From contig JAPPFW010000004.1 of assembly GCA_028821575.1 (NCBI GenBank), positions 1 through 61,867 of the forward strand: a stretch of 61,867 bases of DNA. Reading direction: 5' to 3'. Position numbers and translations under genes: made by a program. Shown here one piece after another: positions 9,157 to 19,223 of this stretch. The stretch comes from a bacterium (GTDB lineage Bacteria; Actinomycetota; Acidimicrobiia; Spongiisociales; Spongiisociaceae). Positions within the stretch are counted from its first letter, which is position 1. Every line of letters starts with the position of its first letter. The notes below the pieces were generated by a model, which was not told the DNA's origin, made no database searches, and worked only from the letters and a program-made list of their open reading frames with translations.

Positions 9157-10998
9157 ATGGGTGGCTCATGGACGGAGTCCGAGTTCGGGTCCGAGGTTAC
9201 CGAACTCACGAAACAATACAAGGCCAAGGAGATCGGTCGGCGCCAGTTCATGAAGCGCCTGGGAGCGGCCGGCATCGGTGTGGCAGCGGCAGCCTCGATC
9301 CTGGCCGCCTGCGGTGATGACGAGGAACCCGAGGCTGCTCCGGCTACCACGCAGGCAGCCGCGGCAACCACTACCACGGCCGCTATGGCCGACACCGACG
9401 AAGCCCCCGCCACGACCCAGGCGATGGAGGATACCGAGACCGCCGAACCCGAGATGATGGGGCCGGTCGTGGGCGGTACGTTGCGGGAGGGCTACAACCG
9501 CGACGTCTCCAAGCATGATCCCCTCACCACAAACTGGTACGACCCGGCGTTCTTCGCCATCTACGAGGCGATCCTGTCGAACGACCCGAGCGGTGCCACG
9601 GTGCCTCAGTTCGCCTCCGGCTTCTCCGGCTCGGACGACGGGCTCGAGTACCGGTTCACGATTCCGGATGGGAAGCTCTCGCACTCCGGCGGGACCATCA
9701 ACGCCGAGATGGTCGCCGAGTTCTACCGGTCGATCCAGCAGTACAGCTTCATAGCGGGCCTGGCCGCCCCTGTTGACACCTACGAAGCGGATGGCTCCGA
9801 CGTTGTCATGAAGATGAAGAACCCCTGGGTGGGAGCCCTGGGGCCTCACAAGACCGGTTATTGGCGGATCGTGAATATCAACACCTGGAAGGAGCACTCG
9901 GTCAACGAGGACGGGTCCCTGAACGCCGGATCGACCTACGGCACCGAACTGGTGGACGGCACCGGTCCCTTCACTCATGAGGAGTGGGTGCCCGGGAGCC
10001 ACGTGCTGGTCAAGCGGTGGGACGCCTATCCGGGATCGCTGACCCCCTTCTTCGAGAACAAGGGCACGGCCTACCTCGATGCGATCCGTTGGACCGTCAT
10101 CACCGAGGCCGGCCAGAGGGCCACCCAGCTTGAGAATGGTGACATCGACACGCTGATCAACCCGGCTCACCAGGACATCGGCCGGCTCGAGTCAAACTCG
10201 GACCTGACGGTCATCAGGCACCCCGAGTGGTCGGGCTACCACCTGGCGATGAACCGTGACTACGCGGAGTACTTCGGTGACCGGCTCACCCGCCAGGGCC
10301 TCTCCCACGCGCTCGACCGCGAGGGCATGGTGCAGGCCATCCTGTTCGGGAACGGCGCCCCCACCTATGGACCGTTCCCCACCACGGACCGGAACTACGA
10401 ACCGGCGGTGGAGCAGTTCAACCAGTTCGACATCGATCTCGCCAACCAGAAGCTCGACCGGGCCGGATGGGTCCGGGGAGGCGACGGAGTCCGCGAGAGG
10501 GACGGTGTCCGCTTCGAGTTCCGCTACCTGGTGGAGGACGAGACGGTGCAGAAGTCGGTGGCCGAAGCGGTGCAGGCCCAGTTCGCCAACGTCGGGGTCC
10601 AGGCGAACCTCGACGTGGTCGACCGGGCGCTGGCCTTCGAGCAGCAGAGCGGCCCCGGCCGTGACGCGGTCGAGATGTCGCTCTTCTTCTGGTTGTGGCC
10701 TATCCCGCTGGACGTGTTGATCCTCTTCGGCGGCTCGCAGTTCATCCCGGTGCCCAACTTCTCCCATGCGGTCGAGCCGAGGGTCGACGACGCCATCGCC
10801 AGTTGGCAGACCTCGGCCAACGAGACACAGGCACAGGCGGCTGCCTCGCAGTTCCAGTTGGCGTGGGCGGAGGAACTCCCGTTCATACCGATCATGAACC
10901 AGAACGCAACGTTCGTGCACAACAACAAGGTGCACGGATGGCAGCCGTTCGTGTGGAACCTGTACCCGTACTACAACGACACGTGGATCGAGGCATAG
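9157..10998 (+). CDS. ABC transporter substrate-binding lipoprotein, family 5 (Opp/Dpp), Tat-exported
   Basis: GRRQFMK twin-arginine, LAAC lipobox, GTGPF motif, family-5 SBP size. Confidence 0.9.
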   Translation: MGGSWTESEFGSEVTELTKQYKAKEIGRRQFMKRLGAAGIGVAAAASILAACGDDEEPEAAPATTQAAAATTTTAAMADTDEAPATTQAMEDTETAEPEMMGPVVGGTLREGYNRDVSKHDPLTTNWYDPAFFAIYEAILSNDPSGATVPQFASGFSGSDDGLEYRFTIPDGKLSHSGGTINAEMVAEFYRSIQQYSFIAGLAAPVDTYEADGSDVVMKMKNPWVGALGPHKTGYWRIVNINTWKEHSVNEDGSLNAGSTYGTELVDGTGPFTHEEWVPGSHVLVKRWDAYPGSLTPFFENKGTAYLDAIRWTVITEAGQRATQLENGDIDTLINPAHQDIGRLESNSDLTVIRHPEWSGYHLAMNRDYAEYFGDRLTRQGLSHALDREGMVQAILFGNGAPTYGPFPTTDRNYEPAVEQFNQFDIDLANQKLDRAGWVRGGDGVRERDGVRFEFRYLVEDETVQKSVAEAVQAQFANVGVQANLDVVDRALAFEQQSGPGRDAVEMSLFFWLWPIPLDVLILFGGSQFIPVPNFSHAVEPRVDDAIASWQTSANETQAQAAASQFQLAWAEELPFIPIMNQNATFVHNNKVHGWQPFVWNLYPYYNDTWIEA

Positions 10999-11033
10999 AG
11001 GTCGGCGTCACGGGCGACTGAAGTACCGAACCG

Positions 11034-11066
11034 GAGTGGGGGCCGTGCGGGGCGCGGCCCCCACTC
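11034..11066 (+). terminator. GC-rich stem-loop after the SBP gene (attenuator/mRNA stabiliser)
   Basis: GAGTGGGGGCCG..CGGCCCCCACTC 12-bp stem followed by GTTT. Confidence 0.7.
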
Positions 11067-11084
11067 GTTTCAGGAAGGTGGTCG

Positions 11085-12020
11085 ATGAAGGTAGTAGCGA
11101 TCCGTACCGCCTACATGGTGCTGATCGTGCTGGTGTCGTCGGTGGCCGTCTTCTACGCCATCCGCCTCTCGGGCGGCGATGCGGTTGCGGCGGTGATCCA
11201 GCCGGGCACAGCGTCTCTCGAGGCTCGCGAGCAGTTGCGCGAGCTCTGGGGGCTCAACCTGCCCATCCACGAGCAGTACTTCGCCTACATGGGAAGGCTG
11301 CTGCGGGGCGATCTGGGCAACTCCCTCACCAACAACTCGCCTATCGTGGACATGCTGGTGATCCATGGCCGCCACAGCCTCATACTGGGCGCGGCGGCCT
11401 TCTTCATCGTGTTCGCCGCGGGGGTCCCGCTCGGCATCCTGGCTTCACTGCGACGCAACAGCGTGGTCGACGCATCGATCATGACCTTCTCGGTCGGGGG
11501 TATGGCCGTGCCCAACTTCTGGCTGGCCCTGCTGGCCGTGTGGCTGTTCGCTTCGACCCTCCACTGGCTGCCGACCGCCGGTTGCTGCGGTCCCCGGTAC
11601 CTGGTGATGCCGGCGGTGGTGCTGGCGATGGAGGGCCTTGCCCTGACGGTGCGCATGACCCGCTCCGCCATGCTCGAGAACCTCGGACGGGACTTCGTGA
11701 GGACGCTCCGCGCCGGCGGTCTATCGGAGTTCAGGGTGATCGGACGCCACGTCCTGCGCAACGCGTTGATACCCATCGTGTCGCTGGCCGGGCTGCGGAT
11801 CGGGCAGATCGTGGGATACGCGCTGGTGGTCGAGACGGTGTTCGGGTGGCCGGGACTGGGCCAGGTGCTGGTAAACGCGGTTCTGCGGCGCGACTACCCG
11901 GTGGCCCAGTTCTTCTCCCTGGTGCTCGTGGCCCTGGTGGTGCTGGGCAACTGGCTGGCAGACCTGGGTTACCTGGCTGCGAACCCCCGCCTTCGCTCGG
12001 CTCGGCCCACGGGCGTATGA
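11085..12020 (+). CDS. ABC permease (OppB/DppB-like), copy 1
   Basis: GDLGNS, PNFWL, RNAL, ETVFGWPGLG, RDYP. Confidence 0.9.
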   Translation: MKVVAIRTAYMVLIVLVSSVAVFYAIRLSGGDAVAAVIQPGTASLEAREQLRELWGLNLPIHEQYFAYMGRLLRGDLGNSLTNNSPIVDMLVIHGRHSLILGAAAFFIVFAAGVPLGILASLRRNSVVDASIMTFSVGGMAVPNFWLALLAVWLFASTLHWLPTAGCCGPRYLVMPAVVLAMEGLALTVRMTRSAMLENLGRDFVRTLRAGGLSEFRVIGRHVLRNALIPIVSLAGLRIGQIVGYALVVETVFGWPGLGQVLVNAVLRRDYPVAQFFSLVLVALVVLGNWLADLGYLAANPRLRSARPTGV

Positions 12021-12042
12021 TGCCTGCGGAGTCGGAGGACTG

Positions 12043-12984
12043 ATGGTGGCTGAACGGACAAGCTCCCATCTCGAAGCGTGGGACATGCGTCTCGCCGAGT
12101 ACGAGGAGAGTCGGCGGGTCGGCCCGGTGCGCGCCGCGCTCGATCGCATGCGCAGGAACAAGCTCCTGTTGCTCGGAAGCGCCCTTGGCATGCTGGTCCT
12201 GTGCACGGGCATCTTCGGCCCGATGATCTCCGGAGCCGACCCGACCTTCCAGAGCTTCGCCGACACCCACCTGCCACCTGGGAGCGAGGGCTACCTGCTG
12301 GGTACAGACCACCTGGGCCGGGACCTTGCGGTACGCACGTTCGTGGGAATCCGGGTGAGCCTGATGGTGGCGGCGGGCGTCACCCTGCTCTCCCTCATCC
12401 TCGGTCTCCTGCTCGGCATGATCGGTGGGTACCTCGGGGGATGGAGGGACCGCACGATCAGGGGAGTGGTCGACTTCGTGTGGGGGTTCCCGCTGATCCT
12501 GGTGGCGGTCCTGTTCGCAGGAGGGCTGGGTGAGGGGCTGTTCCCGGTGATTCTGGCGGTGGGCCTCGTCAACACCGCAGCGATCGCCAGGGTCGTGCGG
12601 GGCGAGGTCCTGACCCTGAGCGAACGTGAGTTCATAGAAGCGGCCCGGGCAGGTGGTCTGTCCACCACCAGGATCATGGCCAAGCACATCTTCCCGAACA
12701 TCCTCGCTCCCGCCCTGGTGCTCGCCTCCTACTACGTGGCGGTGGCGGTCATAGCCGAAGCGGCTCTGTCCTTCATCGGTCTCGGCGCGCAGCCTCCCAC
12801 CCCCAGCCTGGGCGGGATGGTCTCCGACGGCCGCAACTTCCTCCAGCTGAACCACTGGGGATCCACCATCCCCGGGCTGACCATCGTCCTGCTCGTCCTG
12901 GCCGTGTCCCTGATAGGCGACGGCCTGCGGGATGTGTTCGACCCGAGATTGCGCCACGAGGCGAAGGGGGTCGAGGAAGAGTGA
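12043..12984 (+). CDS. ABC permease (OppC/DppC-like)
   Basis: LGTDHLGRD, EFIEAARAGG, HIFPN, EAALSFIGLG, GDGLRDVFDPR. Confidence 0.9.
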   Translation: MVAERTSSHLEAWDMRLAEYEESRRVGPVRAALDRMRRNKLLLLGSALGMLVLCTGIFGPMISGADPTFQSFADTHLPPGSEGYLLGTDHLGRDLAVRTFVGIRVSLMVAAGVTLLSLILGLLLGMIGGYLGGWRDRTIRGVVDFVWGFPLILVAVLFAGGLGEGLFPVILAVGLVNTAAIARVVRGEVLTLSEREFIEAARAGGLSTTRIMAKHIFPNILAPALVLASYYVAVAVIAEAALSFIGLGAQPPTPSLGGMVSDGRNFLQLNHWGSTIPGLTIVLLVLAVSLIGDGLRDVFDPRLRHEAKGVEEE

Positions 12985-13898
12985 GACGGGTTCTGGCCCG
13001 CACCATCTACATGGTGATAGTCCTGGTGCTGTCATCGATCGCGGTGTTCTACGCCATCCGGCTCTCAGGGGGCGACGCGGTCGCCGCCCGTGTCCCCGCT
13101 TCTGCGTCGGCGGAGGAGCGGGAGGCCGTGAGGCAACAACTCGGACTCAACGACCCGTTCCACCAGCAGTACTTCGACTACGTCGGAAGCATCCTGTCCG
13201 GAGACCTGGGCAACTCGCTCACCAACAACGCCAGGATCGGCACCCTCATCACCGAGCACGGCAAGAACAGCCTCATACTGGGGGTCGCGGCCTTCGTGCT
13301 GGTGTTCGGTCTCGGCATCCCGCTGGGTCTGCTCGCCTCCCTACGGCGGAACTCTTGGTGGGATGGCGGGATCATGACGTTCTCCGTGGCCGGGATGGCG
13401 GTTCCGAACTTCTGGCTGGCGCTCCTGGCCGTGTGGCTGTTCGCGTCCGTGCTGGGATGGCTCCCGTCAGCCGGTTGCTGCGGCCCCAAGCAGCTCGTTC
13501 TCCCTGCTGTGGTCCTGGCGATGGAGGGTATGGCCCTCACGGTCCGGATGACCCGTTCGGCCATGCTGGAGAACCTGAACCAGGACTTCGTCCGTACCCT
13601 CCGTGCCGGTGGCCTCTCGGAGGTCCGGGTCATCGGCAAGCACGTGTTCCGCAACGCGCTGGTGCCCATCGTGTCCCTGGCCGGTCTCCGGATCGGCCAG
13701 ATCGTCGGCTACGCACTGGTGGTGGAGACCATCTTCGGGTGGCCCGGCCTCGGCCAGGTGCTGGTCAACGCGGTGCTGCGCCGTGACTACCCCGTGGCCC
13801 AGTTCTTCTCCCTGGTCCTGGTGACGATCGTCCTGCTGAGCAACTGGTTGGCCGATGTCGGCTACACGGTGGTCAATCCCAGGCTGAGGAAGACCTGA
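12981..13898 (+). CDS. ABC permease (OppB/DppB-like), copy 2
   Basis: Same motifs as 11085-12020 with long near-identical stretches. Confidence 0.9.
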   Translation: MRRVLARTIYMVIVLVLSSIAVFYAIRLSGGDAVAARVPASASAEEREAVRQQLGLNDPFHQQYFDYVGSILSGDLGNSLTNNARIGTLITEHGKNSLILGVAAFVLVFGLGIPLGLLASLRRNSWWDGGIMTFSVAGMAVPNFWLALLAVWLFASVLGWLPSAGCCGPKQLVLPAVVLAMEGMALTVRMTRSAMLENLNQDFVRTLRAGGLSEVRVIGKHVFRNALVPIVSLAGLRIGQIVGYALVVETIFGWPGLGQVLVNAVLRRDYPVAQFFSLVLVTIVLLSNWLADVGYTVVNPRLRKT

Positions 13899-14914
13899 TG
13901 GCGGCGACCGACCTCCGAGCCGGCTCCTCCGGGCGCGGACGGACCCCTTTGCTATCGGTACGGGGGCTCCGGACCGCGGTCACGACCCGTGGTGAGTCGT
14001 TCGACGTGGTACGGAACCTGACGCTGGACATCTACCCCAACGAGATCCTGTGCCTGGTGGGCGAGAGCGGATGCGGCAAGAGCATCACCGCGCTGTCGAT
14101 CATGCGCCTGTTGCCCACCCCTCCGGTCCGGACACGGGCCGGCCAGGTGCTGTTCAAGGGCCAGGACCTGCTCGAGCTCCGGAACAGCCGGATGCGTGCC
14201 ATCCGGTCGGAGTCGATCTCGATGATCTTCCAGGACCCGCTTACCTCCCTGGATCCGGTGTTCACGGTGGGGAACGTGATCTGCGAAGTCATCCGTTCCC
14301 ATCGCGACGTGAGTTCCTCGGAGGCCCGCCGGATGGCCGGAGAAGTCCTCAGCAAGGTCGGGCTCCCGGATCCCCTCAAGCAGCTCGACTCCTACCCCCA
14401 CCAGCTCTCGGGAGGCATGCGCCAGCGGGTCATGATCGCCCTCGCCTTGGTTCTGGATCCCGACATCCTCATTGCCGACGAGCCGACCACCGCCCTGGAT
14501 GTCACCGTGCAGGCACAGATACTCGACCAGTTGATGCACGAGCAGCGCGAGCGCCACATGTCGATGTTGCTGATCACCCACGACCTCGCGGTGGTTGCAG
14601 CGGTGGCAGACCGGGTGGCGGTGATGTACGCGGGTGAGATCGTCGAGCAGGCCCCGGTCGATGAGTTGTTCGAGGATCCCCGCCACCCCTACACCCAGGG
14701 TCTGTTGCGGGCCCTCCCGCAGGTGAGCATCAAGCGCCAGAGGCTCGACCCTATTCCCGGACTCGTCCCTCCACCTCAGCTCATGCCTCCGGGTTGCCGC
14801 TTCGCGCCGCGCTGCCCCCATGCCATCGATCGGTGCTGGACGGAGCATCCGGAGCTATCCGACGAGGTGGGGGACCGCACCCTCCGCTGCTTCAACCCGC
14901 AGCCCTTCACCTGA
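13898..14914 (+). CDS. ABC ATPase (OppD/DppD-like)
   Basis: [25 protein letters not shown]-terminal GCRFAPRC. Confidence 0.92.
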   Translation: MAATDLRAGSSGRGRTPLLSVRGLRTAVTTRGESFDVVRNLTLDIYPNEILCLVGESGCGKSITALSIMRLLPTPPVRTRAGQVLFKGQDLLELRNSRMRAIRSESISMIFQDPLTSLDPVFTVGNVICEVIRSHRDVSSSEARRMAGEVLSKVGLPDPLKQLDSYPHQLSGGMRQRVMIALALVLDPDILIADEPTTALDVTVQAQILDQLMHEQRERHMSMLLITHDLAVVAAVADRVAVMYAGEIVEQAPVDELFEDPRHPYTQGLLRALPQVSIKRQRLDPIPGLVPPPQLMPPGCRFAPRCPHAIDRCWTEHPELSDEVGDRTLRCFNPQPFT

Positions 14915-15627
14915 TGGGGCCGCCGCTACCCGTCGCGGTCAGGCTTGGCGACGGGCTGATCCTGCGGGGACACGAGTGGTCCCGAGACGGACCGCCGGTC
15001 TTGTTCGTACACGACTTGGGCGACGATCTGGACGCTTGGGGTCCGGTGACAGCCCGGGTGGCGGATCACGGGTTCAGGGTGATCAGTCTCGAGCTACGGG
15101 GCCATGGCCTATCGGATGGGCGACGCGATGCCGGCCGCGTGCTACCGGACCTGATGCTCGCACTCGCCGAGGTCACGGCGTCCTTCGGTCCGGTGGCGCT
15201 GGTGACGTACGGTTCGGTGACCGACGCGCTCCTGTTCATAGACGCGGAGTGCGGCGCGCCGGTCCACGTCATGGTGACCCCCCTACCCAGGGAACGGGCG
15301 CCGATCGACTGGCGGACGACCCTCCCATCGACGCGCTTGGTGCTGAGGGGCGCCATGAACGAGGCGGTGACCGACCACGTGAACTTCATCTATCCGAGGA
15401 TGAGGGGCCAGAACCTCCAGGTGACGGGTGCCTCGGATCGTGCCGGCCCCGCCCTGCTCGTGGACCAGCCCCAAATGGTCGAACACATGGTGATGTTCCT
15501 GCGCCGCTACCTCACCGGCTATCACCTATCGTGGATAGCGGACCACGCGGAGCAGATCGAAGCCCTCCGCGCCGAATGCGAAACCGGCGCTCGAACAGAG
15601 ACGACCCGACACACCGGAGGTTCCTGA
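14914..15627 (+). CDS. Alpha/beta hydrolase-fold protein, catalytic elbow degenerate
   Basis: PPVLFVHD, ELRGHGLS; no GxSxG; TGATG coupling to the upstream gene. Confidence 0.65.
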   Translation: MGPPLPVAVRLGDGLILRGHEWSRDGPPVLFVHDLGDDLDAWGPVTARVADHGFRVISLELRGHGLSDGRRDAGRVLPDLMLALAEVTASFGPVALVTYGSVTDALLFIDAECGAPVHVMVTPLPRERAPIDWRTTLPSTRLVLRGAMNEAVTDHVNFIYPRMRGQNLQVTGASDRAGPALLVDQPQMVEHMVMFLRRYLTGYHLSWIADHAEQIEALRAECETGARTETTRHTGGS

Positions 15628-15628
15628 C

Positions 15629-16501
15629 ATGGCTGTAGTGGACGCGCACCTGCACCTCTTCAAAGCCCACAGCGAGGACTACCCACGCCTCGTGTTCGAA
15701 GGCATGGTGCCCGCCGAGCGGGAGGAACTCGCAGAGGAGTTCCTCGGAGCGATGGACAGCGCAGGAGTCGATCATGCCGTCGTTGTCCCGCTGTCCGCAC
15801 ACGACAGGTACCTGGCGGAGATCCTGGTCGACTTCCCGGGTCGCTTCGCCGGTGTGGGTGTGTACGACGACTCGGCTGAGGTCGGCGCCACCCAGGTCGC
15901 GCGCCGGGCCGAGGAGGCCGGTATTCAGGGGCTCCGCTTCTACGGGTTTGGGGCGGAGCCGGGCCAGGCAGCCGAGTCCATGGACGTGTTCCCGGTGCTG
16001 GAGGCGATGCGCGATCTGGACATGAAGGTGTGGTTCTACGGATCGCCCGACCAGGTGGAACTACTCGACGAAGCCATGCGACTCCTCCCCGGGTTGAAGG
16101 TCGTGCTCAACCACCTGGGTTTCTGCCCGGACATCTGGATGGAGTTGGCGATTGACGAGTACATGCGCCCAAGGTTCGACATACCCCTTCCGCCCGACTC
16201 CCTGGAGTTGATCGAGAGGGTGGCGGCCAACCATCCCGACGATCTCTACGTGCACATCTCGGGCCAGTACGCCTTCACCCAGACCCCTTACCCCCATCCC
16301 GACATGCAAGAGGTAGTAGACCGGATCTACCGGGCGTTCGGCGCGCACCGGATGCTGAACGCCTCCGACTGGCCCTGGATCAAGGTCCAGCCCGGCCACG
16401 GCGAGGTGCTTGCACTGGTGGACCACCTTCTCCCGGACATCACCCCCGAGGAACGAGCCGCCATCAGAGGTGGTACCGCTCTGTCGCTGTTCAGCTTCTG
16501 A
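15629..16501 (+). CDS. Amidohydrolase_2 family metal-dependent hydrolase
   Basis: VDAHLH, LNHLG, ASDWP, GGTA motifs. Confidence 0.88.
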   Translation: MAVVDAHLHLFKAHSEDYPRLVFEGMVPAEREELAEEFLGAMDSAGVDHAVVVPLSAHDRYLAEILVDFPGRFAGVGVYDDSAEVGATQVARRAEEAGIQGLRFYGFGAEPGQAAESMDVFPVLEAMRDLDMKVWFYGSPDQVELLDEAMRLLPGLKVVLNHLGFCPDIWMELAIDEYMRPRFDIPLPPDSLELIERVAANHPDDLYVHISGQYAFTQTPYPHPDMQEVVDRIYRAFGAHRMLNASDWPWIKVQPGHGEVLALVDHLLPDITPEERAAIRGGTALSLFSF

Positions 16502-16686
16502 CATCTGAATCGGTCCGCTCGATCAGACCGGTCCAAGCGGGCGCTAACGCTCGGCCACCCGATCCGCGGACCATCTAGGAGGGTGCCGAAAATGAATCTG
16601 GCGGGGTTCGTTCGGTGGGAAGCACCTGGCGGAAGTGCTGCCGGTCGCGAGCGAACCCCTTTGTACGGGCTCTTTCATCACCCTCC

Positions 16687-16863
16687 CTAGCTCTCATCGG
16701 TCTCAGGGTCCGACTCCTCCAATCCGAAGTGGCGCAGCAGAGTGTCCAGTTTGGTTTCGATGTGGTTGCCAACGTGGTCGGCCAGATCGTCGATGCTGTT
16801 ACGAAGGGGCTTGACCAGCGGGTCCGCGTCGATCCAGGCTCGTACCTCTATCGGATTACCCAT
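16687..16863 (-). CDS. Small orphan protein (58 aa)
   Basis: GGAAGGAAG RBS upstream of ATG; protein-like composition in a lower-GC patch. Confidence 0.45.
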   Translation of the reverse strand: MGNPIEVRAWIDADPLVKPLRNSIDDLADHVGNHIETKLDTLLRHFGLEESDPETDES

Positions 16864-17151
16864 TGCGATCTTCCTTCCAATAGCTGACAAGTTCATCCTA
16901 CTTGAATTGGTAACGCTATCAAAGAGATAAGAGTATCGTTCTCTGGTCCCTCCAGACCGTGCCGGTCGCTCACGCACATGGCTTCCTAAGACGGCGTGAT
17001 GAGGCCCACCACATCCGACATCGGTACGTTGAGGATTGGGGTGGTTACCACGGAGAGGTGGCATGCTTCTTGAGTCGACCGGCTAACGGAGCGGCGCGAT
17101 GACGAGGACTACCGGCGGCTTGACTTTTCGAAACAACCTGATCCGGAGGTA

Positions 17152-18309
17152 CTAGTCGGCTCGCCAGGTCTTGACGGCGTCGGCGAGCCGCTTCACGCCT
17201 TCGAGGAGGGGTTCGGTGGCCGTAGCGAGCGAGATGCGGACGAAGGCGCCGCTGTCGGGACCGAACGTGGTCCCTGGCACCACCGCCACCCCGCGTTCCA
17301 GGACCAGTCGCCGGGCGAACTCGAGGTCGCTCAGGCCGCTTCCGCTCACGTCGGCCATCAGGTAGAAGGCGCCCGTCGGGCGCACGTAGGGGATGCCTTC
17401 CCGTGCCAGGAGGTCCACCACGACATCCCGCCGCTCGTGGTAGGCCTTACGCATCTCTGCGACCATCTCCTGCGGACCGGTGATGGCGGCCACCGCAGCC
17501 TTCTGCGCCGGGGCGTTGACGCATGAGGTGATGGGCTCCTGAGCTTTGATCACGCTCTCGGTCAGACCGGGGGGCGACACCAGGTAGCCGACCCGCCATC
17601 CTGTCATGGCGTAGGTCTTGGAGAAGCTGAAGAAGGTGATCACCCGTCCATCCGGGTCGAGCGGCCCGGCTGACACGAACGGTTCGTCGAACCAGATCTC
17701 GTCATACACCTCATCTGAGAGGACCCAGAGATCGTACTGACGGGCGAGTTCGATCAGTTCCTCCAGCGAGTGGCGGTCGGTGGTGGCGCCCGTAGGGTTT
17801 CCCGGCGAGTTCAGGAGCAGTGCCTTAGTCCGATCGGTGATGTGGGGCTCGATACGGGCCGCGTTGGGCACGAAGCCGTCCTCGGCCGCAAGAGGGAACC
17901 GCACCGCTCGTATCCCCAGCAGTTCGGTCATGAGAAGGTAGTTGGGCCAGCAGGGGTCGCTGACGAGCAACTCGGTTCCCGGGTCGGCGACCGCGGCCAT
18001 GACGCTGTAGACACCGACCACCGCGCCAGGCGTCACCACGATCTGGTCGGGGGAGGCGTCGATGCTGTTCCGCTCCCGGACCTTGCCGGCGAGTACTTCC
18101 CTCAGCTCCCCTATCCCGGCGTTCGGCGTGTAACGGGTGAAACCGTCGAGGGCAGCCTGGTGGGCGGCTTCGACGATGTGTTCTGGCGTGGGGAAGTTCG
18201 GCTCGCCGACCTCGAGGTGGATGGGGTCGTTCACAGTCCAGGCGAGTTCCATGATCTCGCGGATCCCGGAGCGGGGCAATGACTCGACGGCTCGCGACGG
18301 CCTCACCAT
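17152..18309 (-). CDS. PLP-dependent aminotransferase class I/II
   Basis: GEPNF, NSPGNPTG, SDEVY, SFSKTYAMTGWRVG. Confidence 0.92.
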   Translation of the reverse strand: MVRPSRAVESLPRSGIREIMELAWTVNDPIHLEVGEPNFPTPEHIVEAAHQAALDGFTRYTPNAGIGELREVLAGKVRERNSIDASPDQIVVTPGAVVGVYSVMAAVADPGTELLVSDPCWPNYLLMTELLGIRAVRFPLAAEDGFVPNAARIEPHITDRTKALLLNSPGNPTGATTDRHSLEELIELARQYDLWVLSDEVYDEIWFDEPFVSAGPLDPDGRVITFFSFSKTYAMTGWRVGYLVSPPGLTESVIKAQEPITSCVNAPAQKAAVAAITGPQEMVAEMRKAYHERRDVVVDLLAREGIPYVRPTGAFYLMADVSGSGLSDLEFARRLVLERGVAVVPGTTFGPDSGAFVRISLATATEPLLEGVKRLADAVKTWRAD

Positions 18310-19223
18310 GTGCGGTCCTCCTCCACGTAGCGTCGCTCTATCCGGGCCAGCGCCGAGTACACGGGCGGTACCACCTGACCCACCCTTACGGTACCCACCG
18401 CGCCTAGCAGGCGGTAGGCCTCTGCCAGGGTGAACCGCCCGGAGCGCCGCATACGACTGGCCAGGTCGTCGTATGCGGCCCTTACCAGGTCTTCCAGGTG
18501 CCCCGGTCCGGGCGCAACGCTGCCCCAGTCGGTGGGCGTGTTCACCTGCGGGAGGTGCGAGAAGCCGATCTGGTCGGGGTCGCGACGGTAGAGGCGCAAC
18601 GTGACGTCGGCTTGGCATTCGATGGCCGAGCGGTGGATCTCGGCATCTCCCTGCGCAAGGTGCGCATCGCCGAGTGACACAAGCGCCCCGTTCACGTGGG
18701 ATCGCATGACGACCCTGGCGCCGGCCCGGATATCGGGCAGGTCCACGTTTCCGAGGAAGTCCCTGCCTTGGCGGAAGGAGAGCACGGGTTCCGTGGCCGG
18801 CGCGACACCGATGGTGCCGACGAAGGGTTGGTAGGGGACCATGACCGGGCCCTTGCGAGTGGGTATCTCCACACGGTCGCCCCGGCGATGGCAGATGACA
18901 GTCTCCGCCGCCAGCGTCGGGTGGAGGGTGGGAGTGGTGTTCATGTGGCCGAAGCCGGTTACCGGAGCGCCCTCGACGTGTTCGATGCGAACCTCGATAC
19001 AGTCTCCCGATGTCACACCTTCGACGTAGATCGGCCCGGTCACCGGGTTGGCGCCACCGATACGTTCCATCACCTCGTCAAGGGTCTCGTAGACGACTTC
19101 GGGGCCGGTGATCGTCCCGCTGTGGGCATCCTGGGTCTCAACCACGATCGACTCCCCGGGTGCGATGCTGATCGCCGGTTCGGCGGAGGCGTCGAACTCG
19201 AAACGTGTCATGTCCCGCGTCAC
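18303..19223 (-). CDS. Acetamidase/formamidase family protein
   Basis: NPVTGPIYVEG, PFVGTIGVAP, GNVD, GDAHLAQGDAE. Confidence 0.88.
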   Translation of the reverse strand: MTRDMTRFEFDASAEPAISIAPGESIVVETQDAHSGTITGPEVVYETLDEVMERIGGANPVTGPIYVEGVTSGDCIEVRIEHVEGAPVTGFGHMNTTPTLHPTLAAETVICHRRGDRVEIPTRKGPVMVPYQPFVGTIGVAPATEPVLSFRQGRDFLGNVDLPDIRAGARVVMRSHVNGALVSLGDAHLAQGDAEIHRSAIECQADVTLRLYRRDPDQIGFSHLPQVNTPTDWGSVAPGPGHLEDLVRAAYDDLASRMRRSGRFTLAEAYRLLGAVGTVRVGQVVPPVYSALARIERRYVEEDRTW

